This document shows, piece after piece, positions 9,581 through 19,570 of a DNA stretch of 64,000 nt. The stretch lies in the NCBI GenBank assembly GCA_964353775.1, contig CAYGWB010000006.1, positions 115,991 to 179,990 on the forward strand, in the 5' to 3' direction. The DNA is from an uncultured archaeon (GTDB taxonomy: Archaea; Aenigmatarchaeota; Aenigmatarchaeia; Aenigmatarchaeales; JAHLMS01). Made by a program: the position numbers and the translations under genes. How positions within the stretch are numbered: the first letter of the stretch is position 1; each line of letters opens with the position of its first letter. The notes under the pieces were generated by a model. It worked only from the letters and a program-made list of their open reading frames with translations. It did no database searches and was not told where the DNA came from.

Positions 9581-9732
9581 TTAATTTCTATGCGAATTTT
9601 TATAATTCAGCTCATTTCATAGTAAATATGGTCAATGTTCTCATAATTCATGATACTGAGGGCAGCCCAGAAGGAAACTGGTTCCCGTGGCTCAAAATCG
9701 AACTTGAAAAAATAAAAAATGAGCTGTGAGCT

Positions 9733-10929
9733 TCATTTCAGCCCGAGTTCTCTTTTCAGTTCGTCGGCCTTGTCCGTCTTCTCCCACGTGAAATCCGGAT
9801 CGTTCCGCCCGAAATGGCCGTAGGCAGCAGTCTTCTTGTAGATGGGCCTATTTAGCCTGAGCGTTTCTATGATCTTCTTCGGACTGCAGTTGAATATTTT
9901 CCTGACAGCCTCCAGAATCTTCTCTTCTGGCACCTTGTTCGTTCCGAAGGTCTGAACGAGTATCGAGACGGGCTGTGCGATGCCAATCGAGTATGCGAGC
10001 TGCACTTCGCACTTGTCAGCCGCGCCTGAAGCGACGATGTTCTTCGCTATATATCTTGCCATGTAGGCGGCCGACCTGTCGACCTTGGTCGGATCCTTAC
10101 CGGAGAAGCAACCGCCGCCGTGCCTTCCCATGCCGCCGTAGGTGTCAACAATTATTTTCCTGCCTGTGACGCCCGTGTCCGCCTCGGGCCCGCCAACGAC
10201 GAAAATACCAGTCTCGTTTATGAAAATTTTTGTGTCCCTGTCCATGTAGTTCTTGCAAACGGGCTTTATCACGTTTTCCAGTATGTCGCTTCTTATCTTC
10301 TCCCTGCCGACTTCAGGACTGTGGTGGACCGCCACAACGACGGCTTCCAATCTTTTCGGTTTGCCATTCTCATATTCCACCGTGACCTGGGACTTGCCAT
10401 CGGGCCTGACCCAGTCGAGAACCCTTTTCTTCCTCACTTCCGCGAGTCTCATGGTAAGCCTGTGGGCAAGCGTTATCGGGAGCGGCATGAGCTCAGGCGT
10501 CTCGTTGCAGGCAAAACCGAACATCATTCCCTGGTCCCCAGCGCCCTGTTCATGGCCATCGGTCTCGTCGACGCCAACAGCAATGTTCCGGCTCTGCTCA
10601 TGAATCGCAGTCAGGACAGCACAGTCCTTGCAATCGATACCGAACTCGGGATTGGTATAACCTATGTCTTGAAGGGTGTTTCTCACGACAGTCGGTATGT
10701 CTACGTAGCAATTGGTTGTGACCTCACCAGCAACCATAACTAGTCCCGTTGTGGTCAGACATTCGATGGCCACCCTTGCCTTCGGATCTTTGGTATATAT
10801 CGCGTCGAGAATGGCATCGGAAACCTGATCACATATCTTGTCCGGATGACCTTCTGTAACGGACTCTGACGTGAAAAGAACTTTTTCTGTCAATGATACA
10901 CACCTCCAATTTGTTAATTCAATCATCAT
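9733..10929 (-). CDS. metK: S-adenosylmethionine synthetase, bacterial/eukaryotic type (MetK)
   Basis: A 398-aa protein with [29 protein letters not shown] and GGGCFSGKD, which are canonical MetK motifs rather than those of the archaeal MAT type. Confidence 0.9.
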   Translation of the reverse strand: MMIELTNWRCVSLTEKVLFTSESVTEGHPDKICDQVSDAILDAIYTKDPKARVAIECLTTTGLVMVAGEVTTNCYVDIPTVVRNTLQDIGYTNPEFGIDCKDCAVLTAIHEQSRNIAVGVDETDGHEQGAGDQGMMFGFACNETPELMPLPITLAHRLTMRLAEVRKKRVLDWVRPDGKSQVTVEYENGKPKRLEAVVVAVHHSPEVGREKIRSDILENVIKPVCKNYMDRDTKIFINETGIFVVGGPEADTGVTGRKIIVDTYGGMGRHGGGCFSGKDPTKVDRSAAYMARYIAKNIVASGAADKCEVQLAYSIGIAQPVSILVQTFGTNKVPEEKILEAVRKIFNCSPKKIIETLRLNRPIYKKTAAYGHFGRNDPDFTWEKTDKADELKRELGLK

Positions 10930-11092
10930 CAGTGCTTATAAATATTCATATACGCTTTTTCTGAGGACCGTGCTACCACTTTTCCCAGTGGATGAGCTCA
11001 TTCGCAGGTTTTCTTTTCGATTGGCCCGCCACCGGCATAGGTAGCCAAAACGGCCTTTCCCAGAAATCGGTTAAGTTCCTTTAACAATGATT

Positions 11093-11572
11093 TCATTTCC
11101 ATTTACCTTCGCTCCAAGGATGTGGATATAATTCCTTAATTGTGTATTTTTCTATGTTCTTGAAAAGGAAGTCAAAATTAGCGTCTTTTCTTTCAAAATA
11201 ACTGCCAGCACACAGAACGGTTGCTTTGCCATCAGAATATTCATGAATTACATCTCTGCATAAACCACAAGGAGTTAGATGGCCTCCTTTACCAACCGGA
11301 CCCATGACAAGAACAGCTTTAACTCTTGCTTTTTCAGTTTCTTTGAAAGCCATATCTGCTATAGCAACTCTTTCACAGCAAATTGTTCCGCTACAATTTT
11401 TTGGCTCAAATGGCTTACCTTCATATATTTTTCCAGAGTCAGAAATTATGCAGGCATATATAGTATCAAGTACTCCTTTCTTTCTCCTATTCATAATAAA
11501 TTTAGGGAATGCTTTTTTAGCAAAATTAATTAATTTATTTTCTTCTGCAGAAAACATTATCATCATGTCCAT
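11093..11572 (-). CDS. cdd: Cytidine/deoxycytidylate deaminase family protein (cytidine deaminase-like)
   Basis: Zinc-ligand motifs C-CERVAI (CxE) and PCGLCRDVI (PCxxC). The product is about 150 aa. Confidence 0.6.
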   Translation of the reverse strand: MDMMIMFSAEENKLINFAKKAFPKFIMNRRKKGVLDTIYACIISDSGKIYEGKPFEPKNCSGTICCERVAIADMAFKETEKARVKAVLVMGPVGKGGHLTPCGLCRDVIHEYSDGKATVLCAGSYFERKDANFDFLFKNIEKYTIKELYPHPWSEGKWK

Positions 11573-12798
11573 TGCATCACTTCTTCCATGAAGTCCCCTA
11601 TGCGCCTGACAGGTCCGAGAGGCGACCTGCAGCTCTCCTCGTCGTACTTCTGTACCTTGTTCGACTTTATTCCTTTAGTGTAGATAGCGAACGGGAACTT
11701 GCCCGGCTCGTGTCTGCCGCTGACAATGGACGTTAAGTGATCGGAAGTCACGGCCATCACCGTGTCGTCCCAGTCTATGCGGGAAAGGATGTGGCGGAAG
11801 AAGTCTCGGTCTATACGTTCGATGAAGTCGCGACGAAGATCGAAGTTCCTGTCATGTGCAGCCACGTCCGCACCGAGGATGCTGACAAGCACAAAGTTGT
11901 GGTCGCGGAGCGCGCGGAGCGCTGCTTTCGCTTTGTTCGTCAAGTTCGTGTTCAGGTCGGCTGTCGCGCCTTTCGGGATTATCATGTCCATTCCGAGTGC
12001 GGCGCCTATGCCGATGGCTGCAGGTGATGCGCCCACAACCGCGCCCTTCAGTCCGTACATTTCAGCAAATGATTTGAATTTTCGCATCTGGGCCGCACCG
12101 CGCAACAGAACGAAGTTCGCGGGAACTTTTCTTTTTTTATTCGTTGGGTGGTCCTTGAGAATCTTGTAAGCCTGAGCCGAGAACTTGTTCAGCACGGTCG
12201 CTGTGCGAACTGCCTCAGACGTCCTGTTCAGAGGCTTGATAATAGGTACCTCTATGTTGTTCGTTTGAGGATCGCTGTCTGTGACAGTGGAAGACAGACC
12301 TTTGCTTTCACGAAGCACCAGCACAGCGCGATGGCTCACAGAATGGATAAAATCTATATTGACGCCGTCTATGTTCAGTTTTGAGAGTTTCTTGGCGAAA
12401 TCTTCATAGCCAGTCGTATCGCGGCCTGCACGGCGGTCGATTATCATCAGATGCGGCAACATTCTTTTCGTCTTCGCTGTCGTCAGTTCTTCGGACGGTG
12501 GCGGCATCTCACGGACGTTCGCGAAGTTCGCGCGCAAGTAGACATTGCCTGGCTGCGGTTTCAGGCCGATGCCATAGGCATCGAACAGGCCACGACCGGG
12601 ATAATCTCGTTCAGAATAACCCAGGAGCGCCCAATGAGAAACGCCAGAGTCGGGATGATCGTCCAGCTTGTTCTCGACCAGACCGGCAACACCGCGCTCG
12701 GCGATGTTGTCAAGATACGGCTTGTGCGCCACGGCCAGCACGCTCTTATCGGGGTCGGCAGCACCATCCAAAATAACAAGAATTATTTTTTTCGGCAT
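11563..12798 (-). CDS. apgM: 2,3-bisphosphoglycerate-independent phosphoglycerate mutase, archaeal type
   Basis: A 411-aa protein with an N-terminal IILVILDGAAD metal-binding motif and the typical ApgM length. It overlaps cdd by a few nt. Confidence 0.65.
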   Translation of the reverse strand: MPKKIILVILDGAADPDKSVLAVAHKPYLDNIAERGVAGLVENKLDDHPDSGVSHWALLGYSERDYPGRGLFDAYGIGLKPQPGNVYLRANFANVREMPPPSEELTTAKTKRMLPHLMIIDRRAGRDTTGYEDFAKKLSKLNIDGVNIDFIHSVSHRAVLVLRESKGLSSTVTDSDPQTNNIEVPIIKPLNRTSEAVRTATVLNKFSAQAYKILKDHPTNKKRKVPANFVLLRGAAQMRKFKSFAEMYGLKGAVVGASPAAIGIGAALGMDMIIPKGATADLNTNLTNKAKAALRALRDHNFVLVSILGADVAAHDRNFDLRRDFIERIDRDFFRHILSRIDWDDTVMAVTSDHLTSIVSGRHEPGKFPFAIYTKGIKSNKVQKYDEESCRSPLGPVRRIGDFMEEVMQWT

Positions 12799-12806
12799 GG
12801 AATCGC

Positions 12807-14378
12807 CTATCGTTCCAGTATGAACCTATGTTTGTGGGACACCTTGGTCGGAACCCTGCCTATCAGCATGCGCTCGGATATGTGTTTGCCGGCGGCCACA
12901 GGCTTTTCCTGTTCTGCCAAAGCAAGCGCCTCATTCAGATTCGCAGTACTTGAGGAGTAAATTGTGAAAAGCGTCTGGCCTTTCTTCACATGGTCCCCGA
13001 CCTTGACACCGAGCCGTATTCCCGCACCCTTGTCCTTTGGCGCACCAGCCAATCTGGCCACGGAAGTTATTTCGGCATTGCTTATCCAGAAAACCGTGCC
13101 GTCTGTTTCCGATTTGATCTGCACCTGTTTGTCTCCGATCGGAATGTCATCTATCTTGACGCGCGGATTTCCGCCCTGCGCATCTATTATCTGTCTGAAC
13201 TTCTTCTCGGCCTTGCCGCTCTTCAGTATGTCGTGCGCCACCTTCTTGCCTCTGGCGCTGTCCTTGCCGACAAGGTCGAAAAGCAGCCCTGCCAGGCTCG
13301 TCGCCTTCTCAATCACATCAGGCGATGCCTTTCCTGCGAGCGCTGCAAGTGTTTCCTGCGCCTCGAGTGCCGGTCCCATTGACCAGCCGAGCGGCTGTTC
13401 GCCGTAGGTGATTCCGCACACAACTGTCATTCCCAAACGCTGTCCAAGCTCGATGAAGTCTTCGGCGAGAGTGTGCGCCTGTCCTATTGTTTTTATCTTG
13501 GCACCACGACCTGTCGGTATGTCTATAACAACGTACTTGGAGCCGAGTGCCTTCTTCTTTGCCATTATTGACGGTAAGAGTAACGGATCGATACCGAGAG
13601 GATATTCTATCTTTATGAAAGCGTCATCAGCTGGAGCGAGCTCCAACGCTCCGCCCCAGACAAGACAACCGTTAGTCCTTTTCACGACACGCAGTATGTC
13701 TTCATAGCTCAGCGCCACCGGACAAAGAACTTCCATGCAATCTGCTGTGCCGGCAGGTGACGTGATGGCCCGTGAAGAAGTCTTCGGTATTGTCAGACCG
13801 GCCGCGGCGACTATTGGAACGACGAGCATGCTGGACTTGTTGTTGCCTGGTATCCCGCCTATGGAGTGCTTGTCGCAGACGCATTTGCCAGGCACTCTGA
13901 TTGTCTTGCCTGTCGCAAGCATCGCCCTGGTAAGATGCTCGATCTCATCCATGGACATGCCGTGGATATCGAGGGCGGTTACGAAAGCGGAAAGCTCGGC
14001 GTCCGACAGGTGGCGCTCGACCACGTCCTTGACTATGGCAAGCATCTCAGATGCGATCAGCCTGTCGCCTTTGATCTTCTCCTTGACGAACATGACCGAT
14101 TCGGGCGCCGACACGGGTTTGATATCTATCTGCTCACCCGACCTGATATTGAAAAATGAGTTCAGCTCCGAGTTTGTAACAACCTCGCCCGGCTTCGCGA
14201 ACTTCTTGGCCGTATCGACTATTGCTATTATTGATTTATTGCCCTTTGTCAGCTTTACGCGGTCAAGGGCGCGAATGCCCATTGTTCCGACGTCTTCCTT
14301 GTTGAGTATGACTACGCTCTTGCCGCCTGTCTCCATATCGATGGGTTTTGCACGCAGTCGCATGTCATTACGCCTCAC
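12807..14378 (-). CDS. deoA: AMP phosphorylase (thymidine-phosphorylase family with an N-terminal extension)
   Basis: A 523-aa protein. Its pyrimidine-nucleoside phosphorylase core (SIGGIPGNNKSSM, TSSRAITSPAGTAD) follows an extra N-terminal domain of about 80 aa. It is co-operonic with form III RuBisCO and e2b2. Confidence 0.8.
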   Translation of the reverse strand: MRRNDMRLRAKPIDMETGGKSVVILNKEDVGTMGIRALDRVKLTKGNKSIIAIVDTAKKFAKPGEVVTNSELNSFFNIRSGEQIDIKPVSAPESVMFVKEKIKGDRLIASEMLAIVKDVVERHLSDAELSAFVTALDIHGMSMDEIEHLTRAMLATGKTIRVPGKCVCDKHSIGGIPGNNKSSMLVVPIVAAAGLTIPKTSSRAITSPAGTADCMEVLCPVALSYEDILRVVKRTNGCLVWGGALELAPADDAFIKIEYPLGIDPLLLPSIMAKKKALGSKYVVIDIPTGRGAKIKTIGQAHTLAEDFIELGQRLGMTVVCGITYGEQPLGWSMGPALEAQETLAALAGKASPDVIEKATSLAGLLFDLVGKDSARGKKVAHDILKSGKAEKKFRQIIDAQGGNPRVKIDDIPIGDKQVQIKSETDGTVFWISNAEITSVARLAGAPKDKGAGIRLGVKVGDHVKKGQTLFTIYSSSTANLNEALALAEQEKPVAAGKHISERMLIGRVPTKVSHKHRFILER

Positions 14379-15363
14379 TCTTTAATTTTTTCCAGTACAA
14401 ATAAAACCATACCATCGGAATGATTGCGGATGCCACAAGCGTGAGGGCCAAAATGTGCCACACATCGACTGACAGCGGCCATTCAGGTATTCCGAATATA
14501 GTCGCAACAGTGTTCGGTATCGCCAGTATTGTCGCGATTGCTGTCCAGACGAACATGATATAGGTCAGTCGTTTTATTGAGGCGTTCACTTTGTTCGATA
14601 TCGTCGCCAGCTTGTTCGAGAGCACGGATTCGTAGATGGTCAGCGCGTCGGAGAGTGTGTCGCGCTGCGCGGACACTATCTCCATCTGGTGTACGTATGT
14701 GTCGTGCACGTCATCGAACAGCCTTGTCAGGTTCTCGTCCATGGTGATGGGCGTCATGCCCTTTTTGATGGAAAACAGAATCTTTGAGCTGCCCCAGAAC
14801 CTTCTCCACATGTTCAGCAGATCCCGCTTGAAATTCACGACGGCCGTTATTTTTTTGCCGGCCTGCTCCGGTAAAAGAACGGATTTCTCGAGTTCGCTGA
14901 TCTTTCTTTCACTTGCCGCCAGGACATCATAAGTCTCCTCGGAATCGCTGTCCATTATTTCGTAAAGAAGGTATCCTACGTTCAGGGGCATCTTCTTTAT
15001 CCTTGAGACATTGTCCTCAAAAATCTGGTCGAAGTGGGGAAGATTGGCCCTTGTGACTGTTATCAGGAAGTGCGTTCCGACCGCATACATGATGTTCTCG
15101 AGCGCGATCTGGCCCTTGGCAATATGATAGTCGACTATCGTGAAGGTCAGCGGCTTGAACGTGTAACGCACAGACCGTTGTTCGCGTTCGAACCGTTCCA
15201 ACGGGGCTTCGGCAATACCGAAATCTTTACGGATTCTTGCCAGTTCTGCAGAAGTCGGTGCTGTAACATGTACCCAGACGAAGCCTTTAGGCGGCTTTGG
15301 ATATTTGATCCCGCTGCCTGAACCGAACTTTTTGTCGGAGAACTTGTATAGCCAGCGAAGCAT
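14368..15363 (-). CDS. CorA/MIT-family divalent-cation transporter-like protein (GMN motif replaced by GIP-EWP)
   Basis: A 331-aa protein with a cytoplasmic domain and two C-terminal TM helices separated by IFGIPEWP (compare CorA YGMNFEYMPEL), and a KK tail. Confidence 0.55.
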   Translation of the reverse strand: MLRWLYKFSDKKFGSGSGIKYPKPPKGFVWVHVTAPTSAELARIRKDFGIAEAPLERFEREQRSVRYTFKPLTFTIVDYHIAKGQIALENIMYAVGTHFLITVTRANLPHFDQIFEDNVSRIKKMPLNVGYLLYEIMDSDSEETYDVLAASERKISELEKSVLLPEQAGKKITAVVNFKRDLLNMWRRFWGSSKILFSIKKGMTPITMDENLTRLFDDVHDTYVHQMEIVSAQRDTLSDALTIYESVLSNKLATISNKVNASIKRLTYIMFVWTAIATILAIPNTVATIFGIPEWPLSVDVWHILALTLVASAIIPMVWFYLYWKKLKSEA

Positions 15364-15393
15364 GAAAGAAATATTGCGGGCCCACTTAAATTG

Positions 15394-15807
15394 CTATCCG
15401 AGCGGACAAGTGGCCTCTCCGGTCGCCTGGTTGCAGGCCAGCTTCAGGTTCGAGCAGTCCAGCTTGTCAGAATGGTACTGGTTGTGGATATTGCATAGGT
15501 TGCCGATGTACCATTCGATCTCCGGCAGGGATGGGTTCGAGCATTCCTTCCAGTCGCTGCAGTGCTCGCAGGTATAATTACCCCAGAAATCGCAATTCTC
15601 GATCATCACAGTCTTTGCAGAGTCGCACTTGTATCCGGCCCTCGCGACCTCGCACCCGTTCTTCGGCAGGTTCACAGGTATGGCGATGATGATCACGAAC
15701 ACTATCAGAACTGCGAGTGCGATCCAGTCGATGCGCCGCCAGCTCTTGAAATAGCCGACGACGTCAAACTTCTTCTTATGCTCGTGATGTGCGTGCTCTT
15801 CGGTCAT
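15394..15807 (-). CDS. Membrane-anchored Cys-rich small protein (hypothetical)
   Basis: A 137-aa protein with a His-rich N-terminus, one TM helix and 12 Cys in its ectodomain. Confidence 0.45.
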   Translation of the reverse strand: MTEEHAHHEHKKKFDVVGYFKSWRRIDWIALAVLIVFVIIIAIPVNLPKNGCEVARAGYKCDSAKTVMIENCDFWGNYTCEHCSDWKECSNPSLPEIEWYIGNLCNIHNQYHSDKLDCSNLKLACNQATGEATCPLG

Positions 15808-15842
15808 GCTATCAACTAACGGATTGAACGCTTAAAAAAGTA

Positions 15843-17138
15843 TCATCTTGGCGAGATGAAGCCCCACTTGTCGATCGCCGCCTTCAGCTCCTTGTGCGTC
15901 TTCGCGTATTCCTTTAGATCGATGCCTTTCGTCGTTGCATCCACTGCCTGACGGAAGGCGGTTGCGCCTACGCGTGTCCCGCCAGGGTGGCCGTGAACCC
16001 CACCACCAGCCTGAAGTATTATGTCGTTGCCAAGCATCTTTACGAGCGGCGGAACTAGACCGGGATGCATTCCGCCGCTGCATACGGCGAACACGGGCTT
16101 GATGTGCCTCCACTCTTCACGCATGCGGTGTCCGCTCTCGGTGACGAAGCCTTTCTCGATCTCCTCGCCGATGGATATGACCTCTTTCTTTCCACCTTCC
16201 ATCTTTCCGACGATCGTTCCGATGTGTAGCTGATCCATCCCTATGAGACGGCAGCAGTCGGCAAGGACCATCATGGATATGCCGTGCTTCTTGTTCCTGG
16301 TCAGAGCTGCATGGCCTGCGCGGTGGGCGTGTATCACGAGCTGGAGCTCGTCGTTTATGTCCCTCAGGGTCTGAAGTGCGGCCCAACCGACTGTTAGAAC
16401 ATCAACCATGACATATTCTCCGCCCGCGTTCCTGACGAACTTCGCGCGTCGTATCATCTCGTTCGTTTCTGCTGATATGTTGGCCATGTACATCTTGCGT
16501 TCTCCGGTCTCTTTCTCGGCCTTGTCCCTCATCTTCAGCGTCTCGGTCACGCGTTCATCGAACTTGTTGAATGATTGTGACGTTAGATTCTCATCGTCCT
16601 TGACTATGTCCAGTCCTCCTGCCCATGCGTCGTACGCGACCTTTGCGTGGGCCTTCCATCCCAGACCGATCTTCGGTTTCACTATTGTGCCGCAGAGCGG
16701 CCTTTTTGGAACTCTGAGCAGACGGCGTATGCCAGGGATGCCGTAGAAAGGCCCCTTGAAAGAATCCATGAGCTTCTCTGGCCAGTGAATATCCTCCAAG
16801 CGCAAATTATTGACGGCCTTCATGCCGAAGACATTGCCGGCGACCGAGCTGAGTATGCACGGCATGTTCCCGAGCTCGAACAGCTCCAGAGGGTAGGCGA
16901 TGCGCACGTACGGCCCTTTGATTTCATAAACCTTGGCAGCCATGCGCATGATGTCCGTACCGGACGTCTTCACCTCCGTCCACGTTCCGACGCTGGACTC
17001 GGCAGCAACCGCCTCGGCCGCGATCTTCATCGAAATTCCTTTCGCAGGCTCCATGCGAAAAAGGCATAACAGATCCGTCTCGGAAGGTTTGTACTTCAAA
17101 TCGATATAACCGCTATAAGCTACTTTTGGCATGTACAT
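15843..17138 (-). CDS. rbcL: Ribulose-1,5-bisphosphate carboxylase/oxygenase large subunit, form III
   Basis: A 431-aa protein with GGLDIVKDDENLTSQ, GIPGIRRLL and a KPKIGLG carbamylation-lysine context. No small-subunit gene is present. Confidence 0.9.
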   Translation of the reverse strand: MYMPKVAYSGYIDLKYKPSETDLLCLFRMEPAKGISMKIAAEAVAAESSVGTWTEVKTSGTDIMRMAAKVYEIKGPYVRIAYPLELFELGNMPCILSSVAGNVFGMKAVNNLRLEDIHWPEKLMDSFKGPFYGIPGIRRLLRVPKRPLCGTIVKPKIGLGWKAHAKVAYDAWAGGLDIVKDDENLTSQSFNKFDERVTETLKMRDKAEKETGERKMYMANISAETNEMIRRAKFVRNAGGEYVMVDVLTVGWAALQTLRDINDELQLVIHAHRAGHAALTRNKKHGISMMVLADCCRLIGMDQLHIGTIVGKMEGGKKEVISIGEEIEKGFVTESGHRMREEWRHIKPVFAVCSGGMHPGLVPPLVKMLGNDIILQAGGGVHGHPGGTRVGATAFRQAVDATTKGIDLKEYAKTHKELKAAIDKWGFISPR

Positions 17139-17167
17139 TCCACCTCATGAATATTTCTTCTGATTGT

Positions 17168-18004
17168 TCATTTTAGCAACCTTTTTACATTGCCTGGAGT
17201 CATGATGCCCTTCTCTGTTATGATGCGCGTGACCAGATTCCAGGGTGTGATATCGAAGGCCGGGTTGCGGACGGCCGCGCCGTGCAGTTCGTGCAGCTCA
17301 CGATAAACTTCTTTCGGGGGGCGCTCTTCGATTTCGAACTTCTTACGCTTGTCGAGCTTGAATGTTGAAGCGACAGTATAGAACGGCTTCTTGTGAACGT
17401 GGGCCAGTAGCGCCATCGGATAAGTTCCTGTCTTGTTTATCAGGCCCTCTTTCATACGCAGCGCGTCGCAGCCGACGATGACGGCGTCACATTCCGGCAT
17501 GAAGAAACCTGCAGCTGCATCGGTTATCAACGTGACCGGTATTTTCGCGGCCCTGAGCTCCTTTACGGTCCGTATGCCTTGCTCGACGGGCTCGGTCTCC
17601 GTGGCAATTATGTGAACCTTCTTTCCGGACGACCATGCGGCCTTCATGACGGACAGGGCCTCACCAGAATGACAATGGGTCATTATGGTCCAACCTGGTT
17701 TGATGACCTTTGAACCGATTATTCCCAGCCGTTTTGTAGCCGTCTGCAGTTGTACGAGCAGACGGTCGATTGATTTTGCGTTGCGCTCCCTTCTGACGGC
17801 CTCGATGACGTTGTGCAGCGGCACTGCTGTCGGGCGCGCGGCCTCGATCTTTTTGCAGGCATCATCGAACTTCTTTCCGAAACCGTTCTGCTTAGAGAAA
17901 TGTTTTAGAAATTTGAGACTCGCGACAGCTATCTCCTTCGCGCCTTGGATATGCAGCGCTCGGAGCTCGTGAACGAACTGTTCGAGCGTAAGCTGTTTCG
18001 GCAT
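17168..18004 (-). CDS. e2b2: Ribose-1,5-bisphosphate isomerase (eIF-2B alpha/beta/delta family)
   Basis: A 278-aa eIF2B-like fold protein (IMTHCHSGEAL..). It sits 30 nt upstream of rbcL in the AMP-salvage operon. The MTR-1-P isomerase alternative cannot be excluded. Confidence 0.6.
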   Translation of the reverse strand: MPKQLTLEQFVHELRALHIQGAKEIAVASLKFLKHFSKQNGFGKKFDDACKKIEAARPTAVPLHNVIEAVRRERNAKSIDRLLVQLQTATKRLGIIGSKVIKPGWTIMTHCHSGEALSVMKAAWSSGKKVHIIATETEPVEQGIRTVKELRAAKIPVTLITDAAAGFFMPECDAVIVGCDALRMKEGLINKTGTYPMALLAHVHKKPFYTVASTFKLDKRKKFEIEERPPKEVYRELHELHGAAVRNPAFDITPWNLVTRIITEKGIMTPGNVKRLLK

Positions 18005-18014
18005 AGACCTTTTA

Positions 18015-18695
18015 TTGTCTGGAATGCAAATTAAAGATATGCCTTCTCAAGCAGAATTGGAAGAGCTGATAAGAAATATGAAGGCTTCTGGCTACCTGAA
18101 GGACCCGGAAATAGAGAAGGCGCTTCGTGCGGTTCCTCGTCATCTTTTCGTGCCGAAGAACCTGATTGGAATGGCCTACCGCGACTGCCCGCTGGCCATC
18201 GGGCATGAACAGACCATTTCTCAGCCTAGCACCGTAGTTGCAATGACCGAGACCCTGAAGGCCGAACGCGGGCAAAAGATTCTGGAGATAGGATCCGGCA
18301 GCGGCTGGCAGGCCGGATTGCTCGGTCGTATAGTCGGTTCGAAAGGCAAGGTGTATACTATTGAGCGCATCAAGGAGCTGGTGGGAATGGCGAGGCAGAA
18401 TCTGACCTCGGCCGGAATCAAGAACGTCCGAGTTGTGCAAGGCGATGGCAGCGCCGGGCTTCCCAAGCATGCGCCGTTCGACCGTATCATTGTAACGGCC
18501 GCCTGCCCTTCTGTTCCGTCGCACCTGTTCACCCAGTTGAAAGTAAAAGGCAGGATGATCGTACCGGTAGGCGACCTCTACAGGCAAACGATGATAGTTA
18601 TAACCAAGGCAGCTAAAGGGAAGGTTGAGCAGGAAGAAATCGGATACTTCATGTTCGTGCCGCTCATCGGACGATACGGATTTAAACGGGCTTGA
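18015..18695 (+). CDS. pcm: Protein-L-isoaspartate O-methyltransferase
   Basis: Motifs TISQPSTVAMT, ILEIGSGSGW and the PIMT post-I region. The start is probably the ATG at 18024 or 18042 (the ORF track begins at TTG). Confidence 0.85.
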   Translation: MSGMQIKDMPSQAELEELIRNMKASGYLKDPEIEKALRAVPRHLFVPKNLIGMAYRDCPLAIGHEQTISQPSTVVAMTETLKAERGQKILEIGSGSGWQAGLLGRIVGSKGKVYTIERIKELVGMARQNLTSAGIKNVRVVQGDGSAGLPKHAPFDRIIVTAACPSVPSHLFTQLKVKGRMIVPVGDLYRQTMIVITKAAKGKVEQEEIGYFMFVPLIGRYGFKRA

Positions 18696-18698
18696 GTA

Positions 18699-19193
18699 GT
18701 GATATGTATGCCAAAAAAGCTGGAATGGCAACATGTTGCATTTCTCGGTAACGTACTCGAGACAAACCTTGCAATGAACGAAATAGTCGATGGCAGGGCG
18801 AACTTTCTGGCAGGTCTGTCGGGCATAATGTTGACGATAGCGCTGACCCAGGTATTCACGTCTGCAGGCTGGGACAGGGCAGGCTTCAGTGTATTGTCTT
18901 TGACGTGCTTCGTAGTGGCGTTCCTCGCCATAGGCGTGATCCGACCGAGGATCCGCGTGTTCAACAAGAACAACATGTACTATCTCGGAATCGTAAAGAA
19001 CTCCCGCGAGAACTACAGAAAACTCATGAAGAGCTTGATAAAAGACGGCAATAAGGTTATAGACGAGTACGTCGATGAAGTCTACGACCTTTCCAAGGAG
19101 CTTAAGATAAAGTTCAAACTTCTGCGCTATGCGGCGGATGTATTGGCCATCGGCCTGGCCGCCGGCATGACACTGATAATACTTCCGATATGA
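18699..19193 (+). CDS. Small 3-TM membrane protein (hypothetical; SLATT-like topology)
   Basis: A 164-aa protein with two TM helices, a soluble K/E-rich helix, and a C-terminal TM. The start lies 3 nt after the pcm stop. Confidence 0.45.
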   Translation: MICMPKKLEWQHVAFLGNVLETNLAMNEIVDGRANFLAGLSGIMLTIALTQVFTSAGWDRAGFSVLSLTCFVVAFLAIGVIRPRIRVFNKNNMYYLGIVKNSRENYRKLMKSLIKDGNKVIDEYVDEVYDLSKELKIKFKLLRYAADVLAIGLAAGMTLIILPI

Positions 19194-19570
19194 TTTTTAT
19201 GCCGATGTCAGCGAACGTTATCAAACGTGACGGCCGCGTGGAGGCGTACATACCTGAAAAGATAGCCATTTCTTGCATGCGCGCCGGCCTGAAGGCTGAC
19301 ATCTCTTATGAAATATCGAAAGAAGTTAGCAAGAAGATATATCAGAACATGCCTACGAATGAGATACGCAAACTTGTAGCCAAATATATAGGGGAATACG
19401 ACAAGGCGGCTGCCAAGAAATACTTGACGTACGGCGAGCGAAATCCGTCACAGCAGCCTTCTGAACGTAAATTCCACAGATACAAGTCCAACATAGAGAA
19501 GCAGGATAAGCTCAGTGGAAGACCAATCAAGAGACGGAGCAGGCTCGGAAAAAAGAAGTCTACTTCTTGA
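19190..19570 (+). CDS. Stand-alone ATP-cone domain protein with a Lys/Arg-rich tail
   Basis: It has an NrdR/RNR-type ATP-cone signature (VIKRDGRVEAYIPEKIAISCMRAGL) followed by a basic tail. It overlaps the upstream gene by 4 nt (ATGA). Confidence 0.55.
   Translation: MIFMPMSANVIKRDGRVEAYIPEKIAISCMRAGLKADISYEISKEVSKKIYQNMPTNEIRKLVAKYIGEYDKAAAKKYLTYGERNPSQQPSERKFHRYKSNIEKQDKLSGRPIKRRSRLGKKKSTS

Noticed and set aside
8936-9730. Possible 16S rRNA upstream of 23S
   Set aside because: No universal SSU motifs were found on either strand, for example 515F/R, the 1492R region or the anti-SD CCTCC near a 3' end. The region looks like a 23S leader plus promoter.
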